Part shown: positions 28,897 to 40,930 of the stretch, piece by piece
How the letters are laid out: the number at the start of each line of letters is the position of its first letter
Numbering within the stretch: position 1 is the first letter of the stretch
Assembly (NCBI RefSeq): GCF_009914755.1
Contig: NC_060929.1
From: the human T2T-CHM13v2.0 reference genome, Homo sapiens
Length of the DNA stretch: 64,000 nucleotides
Reading direction: 5' to 3' (one strand)
The notes under the pieces: model-generated
The model's database searches: none
The model's input: the letters and a program-made list of their open reading frames with translations, nothing else
What the model was told of the DNA's origin: nothing
Made by a program: the position numbers and the translations under genes

Positions 28897-30480
28897 GAAG
28901 GAGGGAGGGGAGGAAGGAGGGAGAGGATGAAGGAGGGAGGGGAGGAAGGAGGGAGAGGATGAAGGAGGGAGAGGATGAAGGAGGGAGAGGATGAAGGAGG
29001 GAGGGGAGGAAGGAGGGGGGGATGAAGGAGGGAGAGGATGAAGGAGGGAGGGGAGGAAGGAGGGAGAGGATGAAGGAGGGGGGGGATGAAGGAGGGAGAG
29101 GATGAAGGAGGGAGGGGAGGAAGGAGGGAGAGGATGAAGGAGGGAGGGGAGGAAGGAGGGAGAGGATGAAGGAGGGAGAGGATGAAGGAGGGAGAGGATG
29201 AAGGAGGGAGGGGAGGAAGGAGGGGGGGGATGAAGGAGGGAGAGGATGAAGGAGGGAGGGGAGGAAGGAGGGAGAGGATGAAGGAGGGAGGGGAGGAAGG
29301 AGGGAGAGGATGAAGGAGGGAGGGGAGGAAGGAGGGGGGATGAAGGAGGGAGGGGAGGAAGGAGGGAGAGGATGAAGGAGGGAGGGGAGGAAGGAGGGAG
29401 GGGAGGAAGGAGGGAGAGGATGAAGGAGGGAGGGGAGGAAGGAGGGAGAGGATGAAGGAGGGAGGGGAGGAAGGAGGGAGAGGATGAAGGAGGGAGGGGA
29501 GGAAGGAGGGAGAGGATGAAGGAGGGAGGGGAGGAAGGAGGGAGAGGATGAAGGAGGGAGGGGAGGAAGGAGGGAGAGGATGAAGGAGGGAGAGGATGAA
29601 GGAGGGAGGGGAGGAAGGAGGGAGAGGATGAAGGAGGGAGGGGAGGAAGGAGGGAGGGGAGGAAGGAGGGAGAGGATGAAGGAGGGAGGGGAGGAAGGAG
29701 GGAGAGGATGAAGGAGGGAGGGGAGGAAGGAGGGAGAGGATGAAGGAGGGAGGGGAGGAAGGAGGGAGAGGATGAAGGAGGGAGGGGAGGAAGGAGGGAG
29801 AGGATGAAGGAGGGAGAGGATGAAGGAGGGAGGGGAGGAAGGAGGGAGAGGATGAAGGAGGGAGGGGAGGAAGGAGGGAGAGGATGAAGGAGGGAGGGGA
29901 GGAAGGAGGGAGAGGATGAAGGAGGGAGGGGAGGAAGGAGGGAGAGGATGAAGGAGGGAGGGGAGGAAGGAGGGAGAGGATGAAGGAGGGAGGGGAGGAA
30001 GGAGGGAGAGGATGAAGGAGGGGGAGGATGAAGGAGGGAGGGGAGGAAGGAGGGGGAGGATGAAGGAGGGAGAGGATGAAGGAGGGAGAGGATGAAGGAG
30101 GGAGGGGAGGAAGGAGGGAGGGGAGGAAGGAGGGAGGGGAGGAAGGAGGGAGGGCAGGAAGGAGGGAGAGGATGAAGGAGGGAGGGGAGGAAGGAGGGAG
30201 AGGATGAAGGAGGGAGAGGATGAAGGAGGGAGGGGAGGAAGGAGGGAGGGGAGGAAGGAGGGAGGGGAGGAAGGAGGGAGAGGATGAAGGAGGGAGGGGA
30301 GGAAGGAGGGAGAGGATGAAGGAGGGAGGGGAGGAAGGAGGGAGGGGAGGAAGGAGGGAGGGGAGGAAGGAGGGAGGGCAGGAAGGAGGGAGAGGATGAA
30401 GGAGGGAGGGCAGGAAGGAGGGAGAGGATGAAGGAGGGAGGGGAGGAAGGAGGGAGAGGATGCAGGGCGGGCAGGAAGGA
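28897..30480. repeat. Polypurine minisatellite (VNTR), 16-bp unit, ~99 copies
   Basis: Interspersed units GAAGGAGGGAGAGGAT and GAAGGAGGGAGGGGAG plus rare variants. Confidence 0.97.
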
Positions 30481-31409
30481 AGGTTAGCAGATGCGTCAAA
30501 GAGACCATCTTCAGGTGTCCCAGGCCTGCGTCTGCCTCAGTGTCCGTGCCCTGCCAAGTCTTGAGCTGAGAGTAGCCCGGGGTTAGGGCAGCCTCAGCAG
30601 CAAGACAGTGGTGGGGTTCAGACTTTGGTACCAAGAGCCCCGGGCAGCTTGACCCCACCCTTGGATCCTGCATGGAGCCTCCTCACCATGCCACAGCGTC
30701 ATGTTTGCTGGGCTTGGTAGAGTGTTGGGCACACGTGGACTTCCTGAGATGGTGCAGTGCAGAAGCGGGGGTGGGACCCACACGGTTCTTACGCGGCCCT
30801 GCAGGGCAACAGGGGAAGCTTCCTCCCATCTTGAAGTTCCTTCCTTTCCCTGATCTGACTTTTTTGTTGGGCAAAGGCCAAGGCCTTCCTCCTGCTATCA
30901 ACTCAATGGCACTGACACAATGCCCAGAGCCACCCTGAGCCTCCCCTGCTGTGCTCAGCCTCCTGGGTGCTGGGATCCGGGGCTCTGGGGCCTCTGGTGT
31001 GACCTGAGGGTGCCGAGGAGACAAGGGCTCAGGCTGAGGACAGCAGGTGGCTTCCACTGGGCCTCTGTGCTCTGAGCTCATTCCTGTGTTGAAGGGACTC
31101 TGACCACGTGGAACTCCAGGGATCCAGGAGAAACCACTGAAGCTAGGAGGCTGTGGGAGGTGGCGGTGAGGGGAGGCACTAGCAGAACTCTGAGAAAGAG
31201 ACGGGGGAGGCGGAAGAGCAGGGCTTGTCTGCTGGCTTGTTTGAAGGGACTGTTCCAGGCAGGACTGCCTGGTGCTGCACACTGCTCAGACAGACATGGG
31301 GAGCAGGGCCGGGGGCTGCAGGCTGGAGGAATAGAGAGGAAAAAAGACTGGCCCCTGTGTGTTTAATAAATTTTTTTAAAAAAGAGATAATCATTCTGGG
31401 GCCAAAACA

Positions 31410-31770
31410 GGGAGAAAAAGGTGAGGAAAAGATAGGAAATAAAAGGAAGAGTCGGGGGACAGAAAGGGTAGGAAATGAGGGTGGAGGGAAGGGCAGGGCC
31501 GGGAAGGGGAGTAGAGGAGAGAGGAGGGAAGGGGAGGGGAGGAGAGGGGAGGGAGGGGAGAAGAGGGGAGGGGAGGGGAAGAGAGGAGAGGGTAGGGGGA
31601 GGGAAGGGGAGGGAGGGGGAGGGAAGGGGAGGGAAAGAGAGGGGAAGGGGAGGAGATGAGAAGGGAGGGGAGGGGAGGATTGAGGAGGAGAAGGGAAGCA
31701 GAGCTGAGTGAGAGAAGGTGTTTTAAGGATAAGAGCAGAAGAGAGAGAGGCAGGTAAAAAGAAAAGTACA
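31410..31770. repeat. GA-rich low-complexity tract
   Basis: Nearly pure purine, many GGG runs. Confidence 0.9.
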
Positions 31771-31779
31771 ATAAGTCTG

Positions 31780-32730
31780 GATTTAATAGGGAATTATCCC
31801 CGTATTTAAAACCTGTCAGTTCTCATTTAAGCTTGAGATAATTTCCCTGCAAAACCCTAACAGGCAGGCACATTAATGGAGGCTGTGAGAGGGCAGGTGT
31901 TTCTCAGGGCTCACTGTGGGCTGTGGGTGCAGCTTTCGAAGCCTTGGGGGTCCCCCTTCGAAGCCTTTTGGTTGTTCTTTTTTTTTCTAATTAAGGAGGG
32001 TATGCAAAGTGATTCCACAACAGTGATCCCACAACAAAGAGACGTGTGCTCCCGGGGAGAGGAAGTGCCTCTCAGAGCCAGCAGAGGTGGGGACAGCCCC
32101 TGCATGCAGTCTGAGTCCTCTTGCAGGGAGCAGGCCAGGCCATCCTTCCAGCTGCGAGATTATCCCCCCTGGGAGGATAAAATGGGACAAATTTTCCCTT
32201 CAGCTTTGCCGACTGCCCAGTGGGACAGGCTGAAGTCACATACTGATAACTGTTATAATTTCCATACCTTAAATAATTTAATGTGAAATCACATAAATAA
32301 AATGCTATAACTGAGCATAATTCTTTATACATTTTTCTAATAATCCTAGCCTTTTAAATTAGCATAATAACACTTAGAATAATTGAAGAATTTAATTGCA
32401 TGGAGCGCTGGAATATTATCTGCTGTGCTGTGGGCCGCGATGAAACTCTGATTAGCTTTAATTTAGTTGGTTTTCTCAATTTAGTTTTCATATTAGATAA
32501 TGCTGCAGAAGGTAGAAGCACATACAAATAAACTGTGGGATGTGTAATTGTTCCTAAGTGCCTACATGCTCTGAGGAAAACCTCTAGGCTTGCCGCTCTT
32601 GAACTTGAACGGAGGAAGAGAATTAGTGACTTCACAATATGAATGTTGCTTTTCTCACTGTTGTGCACTCACAATTATCCACACGCCCTGACATTAAGTT
32701 CTTCAGTGCTCTAGGCTAGAGGTAAAGGCT
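31780..32730. promoter_or_regulatory. Candidate enhancer / conserved non-coding element
   Basis: No recognisable repeat; dense TAAT/ATTA motifs with retained CpGs. Inferred from composition only. Confidence 0.35.
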
Positions 32731-32734
32731 CTTT

Positions 32735-33090
32735 CCTTATTTTCCTTCTAATTTCCCCTTATTTCCTTCCTTTCTTTCTTTCTTCCTTCCTTTCTTCCTT
32801 TTTTCCTCCCTCCCTTCCTCCTCCTTCTCCTTCTTCCCTTCCCTTTCCTTACCTTCCTTTCCCTTCCTGCCCACTTCCCTTCCCTTCCTCCCCCTTCTCT
32901 TCTGTTCCTCCTCCCTCCCTTCCTTCCTCCCTCCCTTCCTCCCTCCCTCCTCCTTCCTTTCCCTTCCCTTCCTCCCCCTTCTCTTCTGTTCCTCCTCCCT
33001 CCCACCATCCCTCCATTCCTTCCTTCCTTCCTTCCCTCTTCCCTCCCTTCCTCCCTCCCTCCTTCCTCTCCTCCCATTCTTTCTTCCTTC
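32735..33090. repeat. CT-rich low-complexity tract with an internal ~40-bp direct repeat
   Basis: cccttcctcccccttctcttctgttcctcctccctccc occurs twice. Confidence 0.9.
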
Positions 33091-33255
33091 CACAGTTATG
33101 CAATGATGGCTATGTACAAAATATTCAAGTCACTGCCTTTACAGCAGAACTGTGCTGTTAATTTAGGAATAACTTTCATTCTGCATGAGCTTTACAAATA
33201 TAACCAGAAGAAGAAATTGTATTCTGTATACATTTTAGAAGTATAAATAAAGTTC

Positions 33256-33573
<318 letters not shown>

Positions 33574-33770
33574 TAAGGCCATTTCAAAGCCCCATGAGAA
33601 ATAGACATCACCAATAAAAAATAACATTTTGCTTCAAGAAAAGTCTATATTTGCAAATTTTGATTCACAAAGTGGATGCATTAGTAGGGTCAGCAGATTT
33701 TTCAGTTTATGAGAGCGCTTAATTCCAATTTCTTTAATGATCTATTCTAACACATTTTTAAATCATGACA

Positions 33771-34225
33771 GTGCATTACTATTCTGTTGTTGCAGGAAAA
33801 ATTACCAGAAATTTTGTGGCTTAAAAGGACATGCTTTCATGGTTTCAGAGTTTGTGGGTTGAGTCTTCTGCTTGGCTGTAGCTGAGGGGTCCCAGGCTGG
33901 GTGTGCATCTGAGGTTCTCCTGGGAAGGGATCTATTCCTAGGCTCACCTAGGTAATTGGCAGAGTTTATTTCCTTATGGATCCAGAACTGATGGCCCCAG
34001 CTTCTTGCTGGCATCGGACGGAGGCTGTTCTTAGCAACTATGAGTGACCCTTAGCTCCTTGCCCTCTGGGTCTCCCAACATGGCCACTTATTCTTCCAAG
34101 CCAGCAAGAGGGAGTCTCTAGAGTGAGTCTGCTAGCAAGACAGTCTTAGGTGCGTAATGCAATCACAGATGGGATGCCCCATCAATCACCTCGGCCATTG
34201 TACAGGCCCTGCCCACGCTCAGAGC
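33771..34225 (-). mobile_element. MLT1F-like MaLR LTR
   Basis: attaccagaaattttgtggcttaaaa...ccaagccagcaagagggagtctctagagtgagtctgctagcaaga. Confidence 0.75.
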
Positions 34226-36811
34226 AAAGGTTTTGGAGTTCCCCCATTGAGCAGCTTTGCCAAGTAATGTATACAACTGGATGGGAGTCCTGATGCAAAC
34301 CCCAGTTTGTACGTGTGAGCCAATGGAAGGCGTGTGTGTGTGCGTGTGGTTTTAAAGAAGCCATAAATGTATTTCAAGTTCTATTTTCTCAAGTTTATCA
34401 TATTGTTAATGTCTAATGATCATTTCTAGAATTTGAGAATTACATATATTCTCAAAGGAACAGAAAATGTCAGGTAGAGTTTTAATCTGCCTAACACAGG
34501 ATCTCTGATCAAGGCATATGCACACACACACAATGCACACACACACAGACAATACCTAGGCACACATGCATACACAGACACACAGCCACAGTGCCTGAGG
34601 CAGCGGGATGTCCAGTCCTTCCTCCCTGCCCTGCCGTTCAGGATTCCTGGGGATGAGACTCCAAACGAGCAGGATTGCCCTGGGTCATAAGTCCGGGATT
34701 GACAAGGCTTGCCTGCACCCAGGAGTGGCTCCAGCCCCCTATGCTATCCCACTCTCCAGATCACTGCCCTGCCGACCTTGTACAAGCTTCATGTTGGCTC
34801 CAGCATTTCACAGACTGTTTTTAGAGCAATACTTATAAGACATTCTTTTTGGCAATTCAGGTCATACCTTCCGCACCTGGATGTACATAGCCACCCTACA
34901 CCAAGTGTGTATAGTTCAGTGGTTGGAGGGTAGAGCCCTGAGCCCCACAGGTGCTGCACAAGGGTAGGTCTGGGACACACACTGAGTGACTCTCTGCAGT
35001 GCTGACTTTGATGCCAATGATTGCAAATGAGTTGGGACTCACGCTCAGGCTGATGAATGCTGCCAAGATGGAGGAGGCCAGGAGCTCTACTCCTACCAGG
35101 CTGATGGCTGGTGGTGCTGGATCCTAGACTCTCGGCGGTACACCAGTCACTAGTGAGAGATCTGCATATATAGGCCAGTCAGTGTCAGGGCCACAGAAGG
35201 AAAGTGTGGAGAGATGGTCTAAATCCAGCCCTCCTACTGGAAGAGATCATTTCAAATGATTACGTCGTTACAGATTGGGCAGATTTGAAGCTAAGGGCCA
35301 TGCAACTGCTGAGAGACAAACTAGGTCTGGGTGCTCCTGGCATCAGAAGTCTCTTCATCCAGGTGGCCACTCCTCACTACCCCCGAGAGGAGAGAGGGGT
35401 GAGAATGAGCTCTCTGACATCTGGTTCCCCCAGTCAGTGACTTGGGCCCAGCATGATTCTTCCCCCAGGCACTGAGCAGGGTCCTATGGAGGGCCCCAGA
35501 GAGAATCTCAGGAGGAGGCTGCAGGCTGCAGTAAGGACGTGGGCTGATGACCAGGTTGAATCTGCGTTAAGCTGGCTGGAGCCAAGCAGAGTTGGTTACC
35601 GTGGAAGCAGCGAGTGCAGGGGACAGGTGAGGCTCAGGGAACTAGAGACCGTGCCTGGGGGTGTCTGGCCTGCAGGATATGATTCCTGGGATGCTGAGGA
35701 TGCTGAGACCACATCCCAGATAAAGGGGCTGGCCGTCACAGGGCAGGAACACCCAGGGAAGAAGGAAAAGGAAGCAGGGTTGGTGCAGGTCTTCATTGCT
35801 GGAAGGCATTACCGGCAGACCCTCTGTCTCCGTAGCTCCTTGTCCTCTGCTCAGCGACAACAGAGCCTACATACCCTCGGCCCTCCTGGGGATGACCCAG
35901 GCCATCCATGGGCATGCGCTGAAAAGCTTCACCCTGCCACATCCACAGCTGATGAGACCAGGGATTGCCCTGCCCAGGACAGGCCGACAGTACAGTGGCC
36001 TTCATCAGGAGGTTTCTCGTTCATTCACATATGAAGCACCTGCTGTGTGCTGGCTCTATGCTAAGTACTAGAGATGTTGATGCTTTTTTTTTAATGGGGG
36101 GGGGTGGAATTTGGAGAATTCACTGAAGGAAGTGGCTAACAGTGGGCTAAGATGGAAAGAAACGAAGGAGAAATCTGGAAAGTTGGTGAAAACGAGAGGG
36201 ATTTTGGCCAGCCAAGGATGTGAGGGGTCAGAACTTTGAGTCCTCAGTAGAGGTCTGGGAGGAAGGGGCAGCTGGTAGTAAGTTAGTGTCCTGGGGCAGC
36301 TGAGACCAAAGACTGCTAAGGTGGATGAACACAACAGGTGCCATCCCCTCGCAGTGCCTAGGTTGCCCATTTGAAAAACTTGCTGTCCGATGTCACCTCT
36401 CCTGGGAGGAGCAAGCAAGAGGCTGGGGAAGCCAGTTACATAGGCAAAACCATCTCTGCTTTTGGCATAAGGGGTATAGCCCTGGGGCTGGATGGCCTCA
36501 GAGAGAGGCACAAACAGGTGCTAGGTGTGCCTGGGGTACTTGGGCCCTGCTTAAGCATGGCTGAACGTCCAGAGAACATTTCCAGGAACTGCAAATGCCC
36601 AGGTTCCTCCATGTGCAGCCACTGAGCCTGAGCCTAAGCCTTCCCCTCACGGGGAGCCTGCGTGGAGTGCGGCAGAGGTGTCAGAGGGGCCTGCAGACAG
36701 CTGGGCCTTGGGTTCCTGGTCTAAGCAGAGGGAAAGAGTCTTTGTGTCCTCACCTGGAAGTCTCATTTCTCCTCCTCCTCCTGCCTTTACTCACCTACAG
36801 ATAGGCCCATG

Positions 36812-37313
36812 AGCACACACATGAACACAGGCACAGACATGCACAGGCGCACACATGGGCACAGACACGCACAGGCGCACACACGGGCACAGACACGCAC
36901 AGGTGCACACACGGGCACAGACACGCACAGGCGCACACACATGAACACAGGCACAGACACGCACAGGCGGACACACAGGCACAGACACGCACAGGCGGAC
37001 ACACAGGCACAGACACACACAGGCGCACACACATGAACACAGGCACAGACACCCACAGGTGCACACACAGGCACAGACATGCACAGGCGCACACACGGGC
37101 ACAGACACGCACAGGTGGACACACAGGCACAGACACACACAGGCGCACACACGGGCACAGACACGCACAGGTGCACACACAGGCACAGACACACACAGGT
37201 GCACACACAGGCACAGACACGCACAGGCGCACACACATGAACACAGGCACAGACACACACAGGCGCACACACGGGCACAGACACGCACGGGCGCACACAG
37301 GGATACACACAGG
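36812..37313. repeat. CA-rich minisatellite, 28-bp unit with 36-bp variants, ~16-17 copies
   Basis: Anchor gcacagac occurs 16 times from 36831 to 37275, spaced by 28 or 36 bp. Confidence 0.96.
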
Positions 37314-38482
37314 CAGGACCACCCCCAGGGTGCTGTGAGGTGAGCCTGCTGGTTGTGGCACAGTCCTGAGTGGGTGTGACCTCTTCCAAAGAAAACCCAT
37401 AAAGCCGGTGATTGATTTCATCATTAAAATATCCTGTGGGTTTAACAACCAATTACAAGATCCTTAATAACCAGTTTGCTGAGAATATGGGTGTGCTCCT
37501 GCTTCCCAAGAACCCTAATTATCTCGTCTCCTTGTTTGACACGAGGCTGGCTGAAGCCTCCACTGTGGGAATCCGAATACGGAACTCAGGCTTTGGGGAC
37601 ACCACAAACCTGTGTCTGTTTTTCCCATTAAAACTGATGAGGGCTGCAGTCCTATGTTGGCGTCCACCCTGAGGAGGGAAGAAGAGCGTGCTAAGGCAGC
37701 CAGTATTGATGGAGCTATGAAGAGAAGGACTTTTAGAAGCAAAGGCCCTTGCCAGGTGCATCCTAGCATCTCACGCAGGGTGCACTCTGGGAGACTTCTT
37801 CCTCTCTTGGTATGTCTGTTTCTTCTCCCACAGTGGGTCTGGAGCTCACCTGTCCCAGGCGTGTGAGGCAGCTCAGGGTGAAACAGTGCAGGGTTCCCGG
37901 TTGGTTCTGCTCCAAGGAAAGTACCTGCTTGTCTAATTAACAGAAGTGGGCCCCAGTGGGCAGGAGTCCTCCTAGAGGAGGACAGACACCAGTGCGCCTG
38001 ACACCATTGAGGTGGGTCCTGAATGTGGAGCCCTGGGGAGGTGGCATCCGGGCAGCCATTTCCTGGAGAGCCTGGCTGGGGGACACGCGTTGGGAGGGCA
38101 TGCTCCTGCCATCATCAGATACAGGTGGATGGGGTCAAAGCCTATAAAGGCAGATTTCCTAAACACGAGAGGACAAGGGGTCCTGCAGGAGCCTGCCACA
38201 TGCTTGGTGCTGCATTGTCCAGCCCAGGCTTGCCTGAAGGTCACAGGAGGCTGAGTCCAAGGACACAGGGCAGCGTCCAGAGCAGGGCAGCCTGGCTTGT
38301 GTCCCCATGATGCACTCCGTACCATCTAATCATGGCAAGCAAGGAAAACGTTTAGCTTCAGTCCTGGCACACAGGACACCCTCCTGTTGGAAGCCATGGC
38401 TCACTCCCCTTGAAGCAAGATAAGGTGTCAGGATGTTTGTCCCAAGGTCGTGTGTTTAGTGAGCCCTACATAGGGGAAAGGA

Positions 38483-38582
38483 CCTGTGTGTGTCCCTGTG
38501 TGCACCTGTGCATGTCTGTGCCTGTGTGTGTCCATGCATATGTCCGTGTGTGTGCTTGTGTGGATGTCTCTAGGTGAGTAAA
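38483..38582. repeat. Inverted, unexpanded paralogue of 36786-37313
   Basis: Both ends and one internal unit match the reverse complement of the minisatellite and its flanks. Confidence 0.85.
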
Positions 38583-39611
38583 CCTGCATCTTGGCAGGCT
38601 CGCCAATGGGTAGGAGGCTAGAGGCCACAGTGACAATCCACAGCTACCTTTCCCAGAAGGATGGGACCCTCACACTGAGGCCCGAGCAGGGGCCCTGTCC
38701 TGGCACCCTTACAAACATGCTTGAAGTTGGGTTGGGATTTGCAATCATTGTGAGCTTCATGGAGCAATGCCTCCACCGAGCTCACACTGCCTGCCCACAG
38801 CCTTTGTGCACAGTGGTCTGGCTGTTCCCATGCTTGGCATGGCATTCAGCAACAGGAAGGCTAGCTGGAGTTTACCTATATCTTCAAATCGGCAAAGTCT
38901 TATCTACACATCAGATGTCATTTATGTCCCAAGCTTGAGTTTTAGAACCAGCTATTTTTTTTTTTTTTAGAACCAGCTAATTTTGTCAGACATCCTCGAA
39001 AGTATTTTCTGAATCAGAAAAATATATGTTTTTATTGGTTTGCATAACTGAAAACAGGTTGAGAAATTCCCTTGTGTTTCCCAAAAACAAAACAAAACTC
39101 TAACACCTCTCATTTAATATGGAGTCTGGAAAATGTGTGATTTCTGGAAAACCATCATGTGATAATTTAATAAACATGGAGACTGTTTTTAAATTTTTAT
39201 TGAAGCTCACTAAGAACAGATGGTAAAAACTACAGTCCCGACAGCCTTTTACATCCACGTTAGGAAAGTAAACTCGAAAATCTATCAATGAAGCCACTGT
39301 TGCCACTTCTGTTTTAAAGGGCAATGATTTCTTTCCATGAGATCCCAAGTCTTGACCTGGGCCAGAATTAGAGTGCAGGATATTTGCTTTTTGTGAGAGA
39401 TGAATCCGGAGGTAATTACATTCATGTGTTTCTTTCTCCCTGTGCTTGTTCACATGTGTGTATTGGGGTTCTCTCGTGTCCATCCGGAGTGCGGAGCGCC
39501 AAGGAGTTTTCTGGCAGGGGTCAGAAGGACCAGCACATGAGGTATAAAGAGGTAAAGAAGCTTGGCCTGATTCTAAACCCATGGTTTATAGTCAAGATTC
39601 TTTCTTATTAA

Positions 39612-40135
39612 GGCAAACTTTGTATTATAAATAACACAGACACAGAAAACGTGCCCACATCCTAAGGGTGCGGCACAGTGAATTTTTCAAGCAAAAACGC
39701 AGTGATCAAGGACATTACAGGCACCCGGAAGCCTTCATCCAGCCCCTTCGGGTCATTAGGGACCCTCCCCCCACAGGTAATCAGGATGCCACCAAGGGCC
39801 AGCCCTGCCTGATGGTGAACTGACATCAACGCCTGAGCCTGGCTCTTTCCGTGGTGTTGGGTGTGACTGCAGCGACTTATTTCGATGGCTGTGTAGTATG
39901 CCATTGCAAGAGCACACTCCGATATACTTAAGCGGCGTGCTGGCAACAGTACGGTTCTTTTCAATCTGGGCAATTACAGAGAGTGTTGCTATAAGTGTTC
40001 TTCTCTGCCTTGTGTGACATGTCAGCATTTCCGTTGAATTTACACTGTGACATGGAATCGCCGGGTCATAGGCAGGGCACACTTAGCTTTTGTAGATTCT
40101 ACCGGTTTTCCAAAATGGCTAAGCCAATTGACAAG
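39612..40135 (-). mobile_element. Old L1 3' end (L1ME/L1MC-like)
   Basis: ataaataacacagacacagaaaacgtgccc...ggctgtgtagtatgccattg...gttgctataagtgttctt...gttttccaaaatggct. Confidence 0.65.
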
Positions 40136-40629
40136 CCCCGAACCTGGTGGATCCACACCCTCACTTGGCCATGTAACTCTGCTTCACGTACGTGTCCTCT
40201 GGGACGAAATGATGAGCGTGCCTACTTTGCAGAACCAATTCAAGAATTAAACAGAGCAGTAGGCATTTTTCCACACCCTGGGGACATGGTGGATTTTTGT
40301 TATCAGGGCTCTAACGATGAAGAAATGCTTGGAATATCTCACCGAGTGTAGTGGTGAAAGGCCAGCTCCCTTTCCAGCCCTCACATTTGCAATCGGAGGG
40401 GTGGAAGACAGAGGAAACTTTCAAGTTAGGAACAACAAAAGAGGTGAAGTTTCCAAAGCAGAATTTGCACATTGCTATGCTCAGGCAGGTTGTCCAACTT
40501 GCAGAAGAGTCTGGTCCCGGTCTTGTGAAACAGAACCCGGGCTCCCTTTCACTGCCAGCAGGCTCAGTCACTGGAACCACAGCTGCCAGGGAGGGGCTGC
40601 TCCAGGATGTGACCTGGGTTTGCTGCCCT

Positions 40630-40930
40630 GTCATTCATTCATTCAGTGAATATCTGCCCAGCTGCCACCATGTGCCAAGTCCTGCGGGATCTTGGGGCTT
40701 CGTGATGGGGAAGTTTCTGCCCTTGAGGAGGGCAGGGTCAGGGCAGGTGGGTGCAGGCAGGGGAATCAACCCTCACAACATGGCATGCTGCTTGCAGCTC
40801 AAGGCCCATCTGCCCCAGCACTCCCTGGTAAACAGGGTCTACCTCCAACTGCATGCCTGGGATGGGGTAGAATTTGAAGGCACGAGGGTCTCAGAAAGGG
40901 GAGAAGCCTTCCAGGTAGAGGAAGCATAAA
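40630..40930 (-). mobile_element. L2 3' fragment
   Basis: tcattcattcattcagtgaatatctgcccagctgccaccatgtgccaag, a typical antisense L2 end. Confidence 0.6.

Noticed and set aside
28838-30673. 611-aa Pro/Ser/Leu ORF
   Set aside because: The pyrimidine strand of the VNTR cannot contain stop codons; the 16-aa periodicity is simply three 16-bp units.
35453-36034. 193-aa ORF (likewise 40351-40929, 26777-27295, 61261-61923)
   Set aside because: No recognisable protein family; several overlap L2/MLT relics; lengths are expected by chance in GC-rich DNA.
36812-37313. CRISPR-like array (28-36-bp periodicity)
   Set aside because: Units are contiguous with no unique spacers, there are no cas genes, and the context is eukaryotic.
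36787-37452. 165-221-aa Cys/Val-rich ORFs in all three minus frames
   Set aside because: Translation of a (TG)-rich minisatellite; open in every frame, so not evidence of a gene.
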